A stretch of DNA of 64,000 nucleotides. It comes from Octopus bimaculoides. Taxonomy: Eukaryota. Of the stretch, positions 1 through 38,659 are shown one piece after another; positions within the stretch are counted from its first letter, which is position 1, and each line of letters begins with the position of its first letter. Below the pieces are notes generated by a model that saw only the letters and a list, made by a program, of their open reading frames with translations, made no database searches and had not been told where the DNA came from. The stretch spans positions 9,208,883 to 9,272,882 of the forward strand of contig NC_069004.1 of NCBI RefSeq assembly GCF_001194135.2, in the 5' to 3' direction. A program made the translations under genes and the position numbers.

Positions 1-356
1 GGAGCACCGCCTTTAGTCGAGCAAATTGACCCCAGGACTTATTCGTTGTAAGCCTAGTACTTATTCTATCGGTCTTTTTTTGCCAAACTGCTAAGTTACG
101 GGGACGTAAACACACCACCATCGGTTGTCAAGCGATGCTGGGGGGACAAGCACAGACACACAAACATATACACACACATATACATATATACGACAGGCTT
201 CTTTCAGTTTCCGTCTACCAAATCCACTCACAAGGCTTTGGTCGGCCCCAAGGCTATAGTAGAAGACACTTGCCCAAGGTGCCATGCAGTGGGGAATGAA
301 CCCAGAACCATGTGGTTGGTAAGCAAGCTACTTACCACACAGCCACTCCTACGCCT
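1..356 (-). mobile_element. tRNA-derived SINE, family A (head ggcgtaggagtggctgtgtggtaag), cut by the window edge
   Basis: Reverse complement of the A/B-box head and body; many near-identical copies in the window. Confidence 0.85.
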
Positions 357-1852
357 ATGTATTTAATTACATTCTTCCAACCTTATGAGTTCAAATCCTA
401 ATGAGGTTGACCTTGGCCTTTTTTCCTTAACATACAGGGAGGGACAGAGCTAGAATTAAAGTACCAGTCTTATATTGGGCTTAATTCAAGCAACTACATC
501 CATCTCCCAAAGATTTGAGACTTCATGCTCATTGTTTTGCCCTGTTATTGCTACGTGTTGTGTATTGTTAGCTATTAATTAATGTCTCTTTATTAGTGCT
601 TCTATTTATTAATCTCCTTAATGCTTTTTTTCATGCTTTAATTCAATATAAACCTCTACTCTCTTATTATTCATTGTATTCTTTTCTATGTTGCCTTTGT
701 ATACTGCTTTCAGTAAAAAGAAACTTATTATTAATAGGGCAGAAAGCTGGCAGAGTCATTAAAGCATCAGAAATAGAAATGCTTTCCAATATTTCTTTCA
801 ACTCGGCACTCTTTCAAATCCTGCCAAGGTCAACTTTGCCTCTCATCCTTTCAGGGTCAGTAATATAAAGTGCCAGCTGAGTACTGGGGTCGATGTAATT
901 GACCAGCCCCTCCTTCACAAAATTCCAGGCCTTATGCCTATAAGGCCTGCGTGAGGGACTGGCATGCTAAAGAATAGCCCCAACATTTCCTCTCTGTGTT
1001 GGAAATTGAAAGAAGCCCGTTGTATATATGTGTGTGTATATATATATATAGGAGAATGTACGAAAAAAAACAACAACAGATGAGGACCTACACAGTGTAC
1101 CTAAGACTATATGATGCAATTTGTTCTTCTCTCGCTTTTTTTTTTTAAGATAGTGGAAAGCAGTTTGAGGGATATTTCGGTGATATTTCTAACAGGTCAA
1201 ATAACCATGCAGAAGCTCCCTCATATACCACAGTTTATCTGCATTATTAGAATAAGCTGTAGATAAACGTTTCTCCCTTAATCAAGTGGCCTGATTGATA
1301 AATGTGTTTAACTTAGCAAGGCTTGACCGACTAACCCTATTGAATAGATAGCATCAGGTACCCTGTGTCTGCAGTAGACACACTATGTCTATACTCACCC
1401 ACTGTCATCACTCCCTTTTCACTTCACAATGCTATTTAGATATCTAATTCCTTCAGAGTGTGTGTATGTTGTAGGGAAGTATTTTCATGGTGTATTAGAA
1501 ATATTTATTATTAGTACTGTTGTCTTTGTATTCACTTGTACCATATAATGTCTGATAATTTCTCCTTAAGAGGTCAACTTTAGAACTTACTTTTATGTAT
1601 TGTTTGTATCCCAAAATTCATGCATAGGTGCAGGCGTGGCTGTGTGGCAAGAAGCTTGCTTCCCAACCACATGGTTCTGGGTTCAGTCCTGCTGCATGGC
1701 ACTTTGAGCAAGTGTTTTCTACTATAATCTCGGGCCGACCAAAGCCTTGTGAGTGGATTTGGTGGATGGAAATTGAAAGAAGTCCATCGTATATATATAT
1801 ATTGTATTTTTCATTGTGATAGTGACAAGATAGCATTTATCCTGATGTGAGG

Positions 1853-1893
<41 letters not shown>

Positions 1894-2775
1894 CACACAC
1901 ATCATCATCATTTAGTATNNNNNNNNNNGGTTAGACTGCTTTTCTTTTTTCTTTTTTTTTTTTTTGTTACCTTTTTGGAAAAGATATTCTATAACTTGAA
2001 GTCAAACAAGTAATTTGATTCATTTGACTTGATATAGGCTTTTCCATTGCCAAACAACTGCTTAAGTATATTAGCTTTCTGTTGTTATGACAACCGTTAT
2101 GTTTGTCAGCATAGTCACATGACGATTTTAATTACATAAACTTGTAGTGGCAATTAGATTTGTCAATGTGATGAAATGACAGTTTTATTTACATACATTG
2201 TAAGTTTATGTAATTGAAACTGTCATGTGACCTCTGACTTAATTTACATACATCAGTGTGGTCACATGACTTTATTTGCATAGCTCTATTGTTAATGGCA
2301 GTGGCCACAGATTGTCAATGTGGTCACATGACAAAGTTTTATTTGCATAGCAATGTTGTGATTGCAAGTTAATTAGGGCTTGTCTTGTCATTTGTCATTG
2401 CTGTCTCTGTTAGGTTTCCATGGTGATGTTGTTATAGCAACAGGTTGTTGTGGGTCACATTCAGTTATAGCAGCCTTTGTTGCTGTGGGACATATGACTC
2501 GATTTGATTTGCATAGTAGTGTTTTCACGGTAACAGTTACGCTTCTTTCTCACCGTAACTGCCTCATTGACCCATTCTGGTTTCCATAGTAACCAGCAAA
2601 GAAAAACAGTTAAAGACTGTAAACCAGCACTAAAATTCCAGAGTGTATGTAGAAATATGATGTAATGACATCATGTGATCTAGTTACCATGGTTACTATG
2701 AATCTCTGTGAAATACTATTGATATTTTGAATTCAAAGCAGGAAAAAAAATTTTAACTTCCTGAATTTTTTTTAA

Positions 2776-2998
2776 CCCTGTGTATCACATGTAATACATA
2801 AGACCTATTTCTCTGGCATCCTTGTATCATATATGATATGCATTCCCAATTTTTTTTCAACAACCAGAGTAACTTGAGACTTATGAAAGGATAGCTTTAT
2901 ATGACTCGGACCATACGAAACAAGGGCTAACTAATAGTCTGAAAACCAGCATGGACATTTAGAACAGACTTATGAAAATGTTTTGGACAGGTAAAGGG
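2776..2998. mobile_element. TTAA-flanked piggyBac-like MITE; related copies at 3689-3906 and 4051-~4250
   Basis: TTAA at 2772-2775 and 2999-3002; CCC...GGG termini; internal sequence shared among the three copies. Confidence 0.65.
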
Positions 2999-3019
2999 TT
3001 AATGTCACAGACTCAAATA

Positions 3020-3645
3020 TTGAGTCCATCTTTGACATATATTTTGTATAACATGATTTAGCATGCGCCAGTGGGTGGGTGGGTAATGTCAGTGTGCATG
3101 CACGTCAATGTAAATGATTTAAGAGGAAAGCTGTGTATAAGAGGTATCAGATCTGTGCAAGAGAGAATACTGCATTGGTTTGGTCATGTGATGCATATAG
3201 ATGAGGACAGCTGCATAAAGAAGTGCTTAGCTCTAATTGGGGAGGGTACCTGTGGAAGGCATAGACCCAGGATGTGGGACGGAGTGGTGAGAAAGGATCT
3301 TCAGATGTTGGACCTTACTGAGGAAACGACAAGGGACCCCTGGGAGATGTGATTTGTTGTATTTGGTAAGACATGTCAAGCTAAGTAAAATTGCTGTCTT
3401 CCATACATACAGGTTTGTTCTCTAAGATGCCAGGGCCACCTAAAAAGTACCCATGCTGGTGGCATGTAAAAAGCACCCAGCACACTGTGAAGTGGTCGGC
3501 ACATTAGGAAGGGCACCCTGCTGTAGAAACCATGCCACAACTGATGGTTGGAGTCTGAACAGCTCCCTGCTAGCCAGCTGCTTGTCAAACTGCCCGATCC
3601 ATGCCAGCATGGAGAACGGACATTAAACGATGATGAGGATGATTT
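3020..3645 (+). mobile_element. RTE-clade LINE 3' fragment (RT C-terminus, 3' UTR, (GAT)n tail)
   Basis: ORF 3071-3352 with LHWFGHVMHIDEDSCIKKC...GRHRPRMWDGVVRKDL, followed by the family 3' UTR ending ttaaacgatgatga. Confidence 0.8.
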
Positions 3646-4861
3646 AGTAATGACACACTAAACTGTCTCTTCTAACAGAACTGCTTAACTGTTTGCCTGT
3701 CCTCTGTATCACATGTGGAACACACAACATATTTCCCTGTTGTCCATACATCATATATGACACATGTAGCCAATTAACTTCAACCACTAAAGTAACTAAG
3801 CTTTGTATTACTCAGAATATCTATGTAACAAGAGCTAACTAAAAATCTGTAAAAAAGACCTGATGTTTGAGACAAGCTTATGAAAATGCTTTGGATGGGC
3901 AAAATGTTAACTAAAACAAAAGTGTTATTTAAGAAATAACTGGTTAACTGAAATGAAAGTGTTATTTCAGAAATAACTGTAGTTTAGATGTTTCTTAACT
4001 AAAACAGAAGAATTATTTATAAACATAACCGTAGCTTAGATTTTTCTTAACCCTTTGCCTGTTGTGTACATTGCATGTAACACACAGGACTTGTTTCCCT
4101 GATATCAGTGCATCATATATGATATACATTCACAATCTTTTTTATCATTTTTATTTTTGTAACCACCAGAATAACTTGTGACTTATGAAAGAAAAGCTTT
4201 ATAGTGGTTTTGATGTTTGGCTGTATAGGGATAACTCAAGTCATGTTTCTGTGTTATTATACCTCCTTTGCGAAGTATAGTCTGATTGTTATTACAGATC
4301 TTAGAATGACAAGAGAAATATATTGAGTTATAGTGAATAAAGTCTGAGGGGTGCAATGACTCTAAAGACCAGCCGAGAAAACAATAGTCAGAGATGCCTG
4401 CTGCATAAAAAAAAAAGCAAGCAGTAAAATGAGTGTTGATGTGCTGTAAATGCCATCTGGGCCACCATGCTGTTTTGGGTGCTGCTTGCTGTGGATTTGT
4501 TGACTTGTTGAATGTAGATGTTGTGAAGGGATGTCAGATGTTTTGGAGGAGGTGTTATATAACAATGACAATGGCTGGCAGTAGCTAAAGTGGAAATGGA
4601 GAGGTGTGGGAGTGGGGTGGTTGTCTCTTGTGTTGTTTACATTTTAGACTCCTGTCTCAAAACATCATGTTTACATTTAACAAGGTCACATCTGTTCTTG
4701 CAATATGTGTAGACGTGTAATGAAAATATGTGCATATTTTTAAATATTCATATGGATGTAGCCTTATGTAGTGAAGGTACAAGTGCACATGTACCCCACA
4801 TGGGGGTGCACGTGTATGCGTATATGTATTTGCATAAATATCATGAATATCATAAATATCA

Positions 4862-5175
4862 ACTTGAAAAGACATTCGAGTGAGTTTGTTGCCAGTGCCG
4901 CTGGACTGGCTCCTGTGCAGGTAGCACGTAAAATACACCATTTCGAGCGTGGCCGTTGCCAGTACCTCCCGACTGGCCTTTGTGCCGGTGACACGTAAAA
5001 GCACCCACTACACTCTTGGAGTGGTTGGCCGTAGGAGGGGCATCCAGCTGTAGAAACTCTGCCAAATCAGATTGGAGCCTGGTGTAGCCATCTGGTTTCA
5101 CCAGTCCTCAGTCAAATCGTCCAACCCATGCTAGCATGGAAAGCGGACGTTAAACGACGACGATGATGATGATGC
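4862..5175 (+). mobile_element. RTE-family 3' UTR fragment with (GAT)n tail; similar fragment at ~18090-18260
   Basis: Shares gtaaaagcaccca...catgctagcatggaaagcggacgttaaacgac(gat)n with the 3.3-3.6 kb element. Confidence 0.7.
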
Positions 5176-5561
5176 TGTGTCTGTGCCTAACAAGCATTTC
5201 TGTCTAGTGGTGGTGGTATCAATCCCTAGTTTCTTTGGGGACAACTAGATGTAGTATAAGAAACAAAACTACATCCAACATTCTCGTCCCTTTTTTAATC
5301 TAGGTTAGTTAATGGTATGTGTGTGTGAGAGAGAGGGCATGTGTGTATTAACTCATACATATGTATGTGCTCATTAAACTGACAACCATTTAAAAGTGAA
5401 TTATGTTTAAAATCTCTAATTCTTTTCACCTAACTGTCCTATGTGATATAAAACACTTGTGTTAGCTTTTTGTCTACCACAACTATTGTTGTTATTATTA
5501 TTATTGCTGTTTTAGTTGTTGTTTTAATTCTTTTCTTATTCTTAATTTCCTCCATTTCCAG

Positions 5562-31218
<25,657 letters not shown>

Positions 31219-32003
31219 TATTTGCTATTGCTTCTAATTTTTTTGTTTCTTAGTACGGCCTAATATATACACGTGTGTGTGTGTGTATATACATATATGT
31301 ATACACACACACATATACAAATACATACATATACACACACACACAGACATATAGACACATAAACACACGCACACATATATACACACATACATATATTTTA
31401 CATACACGCTTACATACATGTGTGTGTATGTATTTGATATGCATAGCATATGCTCACACAAATAAGCATTCACACACACACACACACAGATATAAAGATA
31501 TGCATACACAGGCCTTACACACACACATACACACACACACACATACATCTGTGTGGTACCTTGATAGGTTATGCTGTATAAAAACCTCCGTAGCCTGCTG
31601 TGTCTGTTGTTTATTGTCAGTAGCTCACATATTGAAGAGGATTGTCATAGTCGGCCTCAAGTACTGACCAGTGATATGTTTCTCTGTGTGATAAACTGTG
31701 ATATGCTGATATTCTATATTGACACCATTATTATTATTATTATTATCATTATTATTATTATTATGACGACTTAATATTTTTGGCCCATTTTATGATCTGA
31801 GATGAAGAAATACTACCGTGTCTGACTATGCCTTTTATACATTATGTATATGTGTCTGTGTTTATGTGCATATATATATATATATATATAGTTTTAGGGA
31901 AAAGAACCAAGGTTTATGTAAAGCTCAATTTAATTTTAATTTTTTATAAATTGATTTTAATTGAGTTTTTACCTGTAATTTTGAATTTTGTCCCTAATAT
32001 TAT

Positions 32004-32038
<35 letters not shown>

Positions 32039-32101
32039 CACGCATACATTTATGTATGTACACACACATATATGTATGTATACATACACACATATATACA
32101 A

Positions 32102-32143
<42 letters not shown>

Positions 32144-32647
32144 GTATATGTATACACACACATACATACTGGGTGTCGATTCCATCGACTGTCTTACACT
32201 TTCATTAATAAATTTCGTGGTCCTTGTGCCAACATTACAAATGCTCGGGCATTTGAAATGGTTATGAACAATATCTGAGAAATAATAATTATCATTATTA
32301 TTATTATCATTATTAACTATTGTTGTTACTGTTACATTATTAGGGGGCAGTGGATGGAAGAAATGGTGTCGATGGTGCAAAATGCCTTGCATGTGCTTGC
32401 TCCCCTGCCACCCCCACATTCCTTTACATTCAGAGTTCAAATCTAGTTTGGTGGTGGTGGTGGTGGTTGGAGTGGGGGTGTTGAGTTTGCCTTATAGCCT
32501 TTTAAAGGTGTGTGGGTGTCAATAAGATAAGTGTTCTAATCATGTGGGGTTGCTTAAATTGATACCCCCGCCACCTTCCAACATACTCACACTTCACCCC
32601 CCCCATATCTCAAGTCACGTGCAAAAATCAGAAAACTCATTAATTTT

Positions 32648-33336
32648 AGTGGGTTGGCAGAATCATTAGAACGTTGGACAAAAATGCATTGCATACATCC
32701 TAGGTTCAGGTTNNNNNNNNNNNNNNNNNNNNNNNNNNNNNNNNNNNNNNNNNNNNNNNNNNNNNNNNNNNNNNNNNNNNNNNNNNNNNNNNNNNNNNNN
32801 NNNNNNNNNNNNNNNNNNNNNNNNNNNNNNNNNNNNNNNNNNNNNNNNNNNNNNNNNNNNNNNNNNNNNNNNNNNNNNNNNNNNNNNNNNNNNNNNNGAA
32901 TCATTAGAACGTTGGACAAAAATGCATTGCATACATCCTAGGTTCAGGTTCAAATCTCACTGTGGACAGACAACTTTGCCTTTATTCCCCCTTCTGACAG
33001 GGTGGTCAATGAAATATAGAACCAGTTAAGCACTGGGTTAACGAACACCTAAACCCCCTTACATATCCAGCCCCTAAATTTCTAGCTTTTGTGCCTATGT
33101 AAGAAATTATCATATTATTATTTTGGTAGTAAGCTGGCAGAATCGTTAGCATGCTGGGCAAAATGCTTAACTGTATTTTATCTGTCTTTACATTCTGAGT
33201 TCAAGTCCCACCAAGGTCGACTTTGCCTTTCATCCTTTCAAGGTCGATGAAATAAGTACCAGTTGCATACTGGGGTTGATGTAATCAACTAGCCCTCGTC
33301 CCACATATTTCAGGCCTTGTGCCTATAGTAGAAAGG

Positions 33337-33410
<74 letters not shown>

Positions 33411-34049
33411 GGTGGCAAGCTGGCAGAACTGTTAGCATGCTGGGCAAAATGCTTAGCTGTATTTCATCTATCTTTACGTTCTGAGTTCAAATCCCACCGA
33501 GGTCAACTTTGCCTTTCACCCTTCGGGGTCGATAAAATAAGTACCAGTTGCTTACTAGTGTCGATGGATTTGACTAGTCCCCTCCCCAAAAATTTCAGGC
33601 TTTGTGCCTATACTAGAAAGGATAATTATTATTATTATTATTATTATTATTTAGGTGGCAAGCTGACAGAATTCTTAGCATGTCAGGTGAAATGCTTTAG
33701 CGGTATTTCGTCTGCCGCTATGTTCAGAGTTCAAATTCTGCTGAGGTCAACTTTGCCTTTCAACCTTTCAGGGTCGATGAAACAAGTACTAGTTGCGTAC
33801 TGGGGTCAACATAACCAACTAACCCCCCCACACTCCCCAAAATTGCTGACCTTGTGTCAAAATTTGAAAATATTATTTTATAGTATTTGTAAGAATAGTT
33901 GCTGTTTTGACCCTCAACTTTTAACTGATGCCACTAAAACTTAAGGAAAGGCATGACCGTCACACCACGCTCTTTCTTTACCTCACTCGCCCCTTTTCAT
34001 TATAAAAGTCATTAAGGTCTGTTGCCCCTAATCAAAAGATTTTATGTGG

Positions 34050-34086
<37 letters not shown>

Positions 34087-34790
34087 CCTCATTCCTCCCT
34101 GTAATTTGTGGAGTACTAATCCTGCCATTTTTGGCTTTGCCTTTCATTCCTCACGGTCCGATAGAATAAGCACTGGTACCATGCTACAGGTGGTGATGGT
34201 CGTGGTGGGCTAAATGTTCCACCTACTACACCCCCTCCCCCTCTCTTTCCACTACTTTTTCTACCTATAGACTTACTGCTTCATTGCCAATGTAAGCAAC
34301 CATTGTTATTGCTGCTACTGCTGCTGCTGCTGTTGTTGTTGTTGTTGTTCTTTCCGTGGCGAGTACCAAAGTGTGTATACGGCAGAGGGTGATGCTCCTG
34401 GCAAGTCAAGTCCATTGATCAGGTTTCAATCTCTGCTTAAAACCAAAATGTTGTATTGGTAAATACCTTTGGAGAGCTTGCAACTTTCGACTTATTCCAA
34501 TCTGATAAATTTGGCACTTTGATCCCATGTAGAAGAAAATCTCTGTGATTATTATTATTATTATTATATTAAAAGGTGGTGAGAAGGCAGAATAGTTAGC
34601 ACGCTGGGTAAAATGCTTAGCGGTATTCTGTCTGTCTTTACGTTTTGAGTTCAAATTCCGCCGTGGTTGACTTCACTTTTCATCTTTCAAGGGTCGATAA
34701 AACAAGACAAGTACCAGTTGAACTCTGGGGTCGATGTAATCGACTTACCACCCCACCTAACATTGCTGGCCTTGTGCCAAAATTTGAAAC

Positions 34791-34827
<37 letters not shown>

Positions 34828-35455
34828 TTCTGCCAAGCCGAGGTCAACTTTGCCTTTAATCCTTTCAAGCTCAATAAAATAAGTACCAGTCAAGTACTGG
34901 AATCTGTAATCAGCTTTTCCCCTCTCAAAAATTGCTGGTCCTATGCCTACATTTGAAACCATTATTATTATTATTATTATTTATTAAGGTGGAGGGCCGG
35001 CGGAATTGTTAACATGCTAGGCAAAATGCTTTGCAGCATTTCGTCTGTCCTTATGTTTTGAGTTCAAATCCTGCTGAGGTTGAATTTGCCTTTCATCCTT
35101 TTGGGGTCGATAAAATAAGTACCAGTTGAGTACTGGGGGTCGATGTAATCAACTTACCCCCTCCTCTTATTATTATTATTGTTAAGGTGGTGAGCTGGCA
35201 GAATTGTTACCACGCCAGGCAAAATGCTTAGTGGCATTTTGTCCATTTTTATGTCCTGAGTTCAATCACCACTGAGGCTACTGACACACACTTTGTGCCC
35301 ATCACTAGCCGGTGATTGTCTCACACTGAGGACGGGTAACTACCTTTCAGGATCGATAAAATAAGTACCAGTTGATCTCTGGAGCCAATTTAATCGACTT
35401 TGCCCCCTCCTCTCCCCACCCACAAAACTACTGGTCTTGTGCCAAAATTTGAAAC

Positions 35456-35494
<39 letters not shown>

Positions 35495-36180
35495 AGGCGG
35501 CGAGCTGGCAGAAACGTTAGCACACTGGGCGAAATGCTTAGCGGTATTTCGTCCGTCTTTATGTCCTGAGTTCAAATTCCACAGGGGTTGACTTTGCCTT
35601 TCATCCTTTCAGGGTCGATAAATTAAGTACCAGTTGCGTACTTGGATTGATCTAATCGACTGGCCTCCCCTCCCACCAAATTTCAGGCCTTGTGCCTATA
35701 ATAGAAAGGATTATTATTAATCATTATTATTGTGGTGAGCTGGCTGTAATATTCACATGCCAGGCAAAATGCTTAGCAGCATTTTGTCGATCTTAACATT
35801 CTGATTTCAAATTCTGCTGAAGTTGGCTTTGCCTTGTGTCACTTCAGTGGTTAATGAATAAGTACCCGTTGTGTACTTGGGTCGATTAATTGGCTTCCCC
35901 TCCACCCTCTCTCAAAATTGCTGGCCTTGTCCCAAAATTAGAAAGAACTACTACTGAGCAGTGTATCAGCAGAATCTCGCAAGTGCTGAACAAAATGGAA
36001 TACCTTTCGGTATTTAGTTAGAGCCCTTTATGTTCTGAGTTCAAATCCTGTCAAGGTCAACTTAACCTGCGATCTTTCTGGGGTTGATAAACTACCAGTT
36101 AAACCCTGGGGATTTGATATAAAAGATTGCTCTCTCTTCCCTCCCTCCTGCCAAATTTCTGGCCTTGAGCCTATGATACA
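32648..36180 (+). mobile_element. Array of about 12 head-to-tail family B SINE copies and fragments separated by (ATT)n
   Basis: Copies begin near 32648, 33125, 33410, 33652, 34572, 34986, 35184, 35493, 35731 and 35960, plus fragments; all on the + strand. Confidence 0.85.
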
Positions 36181-36407
36181 AATTAATTATATTATGGCAT
36201 TGTGGGTTTTATTGTATTTCTGAAGAATTTGGTCATCTTTGACTTTTTTTTTTTTTTTTTGCTGTTAATGAGGAGACTTCTGTGATTATCCGAAATGGTG
36301 GTTGTAAACTACAGAGATGAAACATTATTATTATTATTATTGAATGAATAAAACATTTTCTTAAAAACCAAGACTGATTTATTATATGCTGTTATTTTCA
36401 TGTTTAA

Positions 36408-36856
36408 CTCTTTTGATACCAACCAACCTTCCTGAGACCACCCATGGTTCTGTGATGCAGACTTACCATTTTAAAATGTTCTAAATCAACATCTTACATT
36501 TAAATTTCATGTTAATTTATTTTCCAAACACCAGTTTAATAAAGTAGTTGTATACTGTCAACTTAATGTGACAGTCCCCTGAAGGGAATAATACTACTGT
36601 TGGTTAGACCTAGGAAGCTGTACTGCTTCCTAGATCTAACCAACAGTAGTATTATTCCCTTCAGGGGGCTGTCACATTAAGTTGACAGTATACAACTACT
36701 TCATCGTATTACTACTGCATAAATCTCTCTGAGAGATTTAGAAATGTATTGTTTCTAAACCAGTTTAATAATAACAAAATTGTTTCGCTAAATTCATTAT
36801 TTTCAAAATGAATTAAAACAGAGACAGTGTATATATTTCGACAGAAATATGGTAAC
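36408..36856. mobile_element. TTAA-type MITE (family of 15433-15720) interrupted by a fold-back insertion
   Basis: ttaa-ctcttttgatacc start; aatttcatgttaattt...ctaaattc...gaaatatggtaaca shared with the 15.4 kb copy. Confidence 0.6.
36542..36758 (+). mobile_element. Fold-back retroposed insertion with 77-bp inverted arms and a 12-bp TSD
   Basis: Arms 36542-36618 / 36625-36701 (2 mismatches); TSD accagtttaata at 36530-36541 and 36759-36770. Confidence 0.75.
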
Positions 36857-37134
36857 ACACACATGTATGTATGTGTGTGTATGTATTACTCACACGAAGT
36901 TTCCAATGATGTCTCAGAATCAAGTGAATTATAAGATTCCCAATATACATACATACATAGTCTGTTGTACACAGATTCAATAAATCATATATAAAACAAC
37001 GCTGACCCAGACGATTGGATATTTACTGATGTTAAGCACTGGAGTGAATTGAAATCGTAATTATGTTTCGGTCCTTACAACATACACCCACATCCAGGTG
37101 ATATTCAAGCCTAGGATTGTGTTCAAGTGGCATT

Positions 37135-37514
37135 TTACTGGCTCCCCACTAATCGCCTCATTTCCAACCAGCGCCATCTCAATTCTTTCTCGGCGGCGTC
37201 TATATTGTTCTTGAAGGTTCTTCTGCTGCTCACTTTTGTAATACTCAGGATTTCATAAGCCTTACTCAGGGTAGGCTTCGAACCTACGAACCTTCGACTA
37301 CCAACCTCCAAATATAAACACTTGCTCCACCCATTCTTAGAGCAGTCCTTGTCCACCGCATCATCTTGCAGCTTTGAGATTTTCATAATGCGATTGCTTA
37401 TTTTTAGAAGGACATTGTAGGATAGGTGTGAGAGGTTGCATCTGGCTGTTTTGAGCATAAAACACGGAGGATATTTAGGCCAGATATAGCCGGTTTGAAT
37501 GCTCGCGTCATCTC
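37135..37514 (-). CDS. Candidate terminal exon of an unrecognised gene (...WPKYPPCFMLKTARCNLSHLSYNVLLKISNRI...AAEKELRWRWLEMRRLVGSQ*)
   Basis: About 126 stop-free codons in non-repetitive, relatively GC-rich DNA with ordinary residue composition. Phase-1 acceptors are possible at 37515/37514 (GAG) or nearer the ATG at 37458 (aaaacag). 5' boundary uncertain. Confidence 0.4.
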
Positions 37515-37939
37515 CTCAAAAGCAATAACTGTCATAACAATGAGAGTTACTTCCCTTAGAGTATATATCTTATAACTTAACCGGTCGGAAGATTGTGGTG
37601 AAAGCACGGCCGATTAAATCAGCTTTAAGTAATTAAATGTTACTCCCTGTCCCTCCCCTCACTTTATAGGCTAACTGTATATTCTTTAATACATTCATGG
37701 TCCGACTTGGGTTTACATGGGGAAAAAAAAATTAAAAGCTTACTTTGAATAGAAGTTTTAAAAAGGATATTGAGTAACACATTATGTAGAGTGCGGTGAA
37801 TAAACTGTCGTTTAAATTACTCCATAATGAAAATAACACATCTCATTTTAAGAGATAGATTTACCAAAATTACATAAAAATATCTTGAAATACTGAAGAG
37901 TAAATTTATTCATCTTTGGTGTAACAAGGAGTTTTATTA

Positions 37940-38250
37940 GTCTCTCAGTCAACTGCACCCCATACATAATAATCAAGAGGGTTGCAGTCTGGAAAGTTAG
38001 GTGGCCAGATGTTAGGGGTGATGTGGTCGCAGAAATGGTCTAACAGCCATGACTGGGTTCTGCTTGTGTGGCATTGTGCAAGGTCCTTTTTGCCAGACAT
38101 AGGGTTACCAGCAGCTACCCTCTTGACCCATGACAGGACTACCTCCTCCAGGCACTTGATGTAGGCCTCCAGGCCGTGTGAGAAGATGAATGGAGGCATA
38201 AGGTCGCCATCACTAGTGATCACCCCAAACGTCTTCGTAATCACCATTAG
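37940..38250 (-). mobile_element. Tc1/mariner superfamily (maT/DD37D-like) transposase fragment
   Basis: FGVITSDGDLMPPFIF...AYIKCLEEVVLSWV...HTSRTQSWL-DHFCDHITPNIWPPNFPDCNPLDYYVWGAV. Confidence 0.8.
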
Positions 38251-38562
38251 ACACATCCAACTCTTATAGAATCTTCTGCACTGTCCTAAGGTTGACACCC
38301 AAACACTCCGAAATGTTCGTGTTGGAACTTCCGGCGCAAATGTCAAGCCGTACAGAATGTTTCCAGAGTGAATTGCGTTATGGTGCTGTTCTTCTCACAC
38401 AGACGGTGCCCAGCTAACCCTACTATGCTGTGTAGCCAACAAAATCAAAAGCAAACGATGCGCATGCGCGAAATTAAAAATATAAAATGGGGACAATTTA
38501 CTCATCTCACCCTATATACGTATGTGTATGTAATAAAAAAATATATGTATACACACACACAC

Positions 38563-38617
<55 letters not shown>

Positions 38618-38659
38618 AACATACATGTATATCAGCTCTTATTTCATATATCTCTCGTT

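Noticed and set aside
32660-32950. Exact 53-bp direct repeat around a gap
   Set aside because: Same assembly-overlap artefact.
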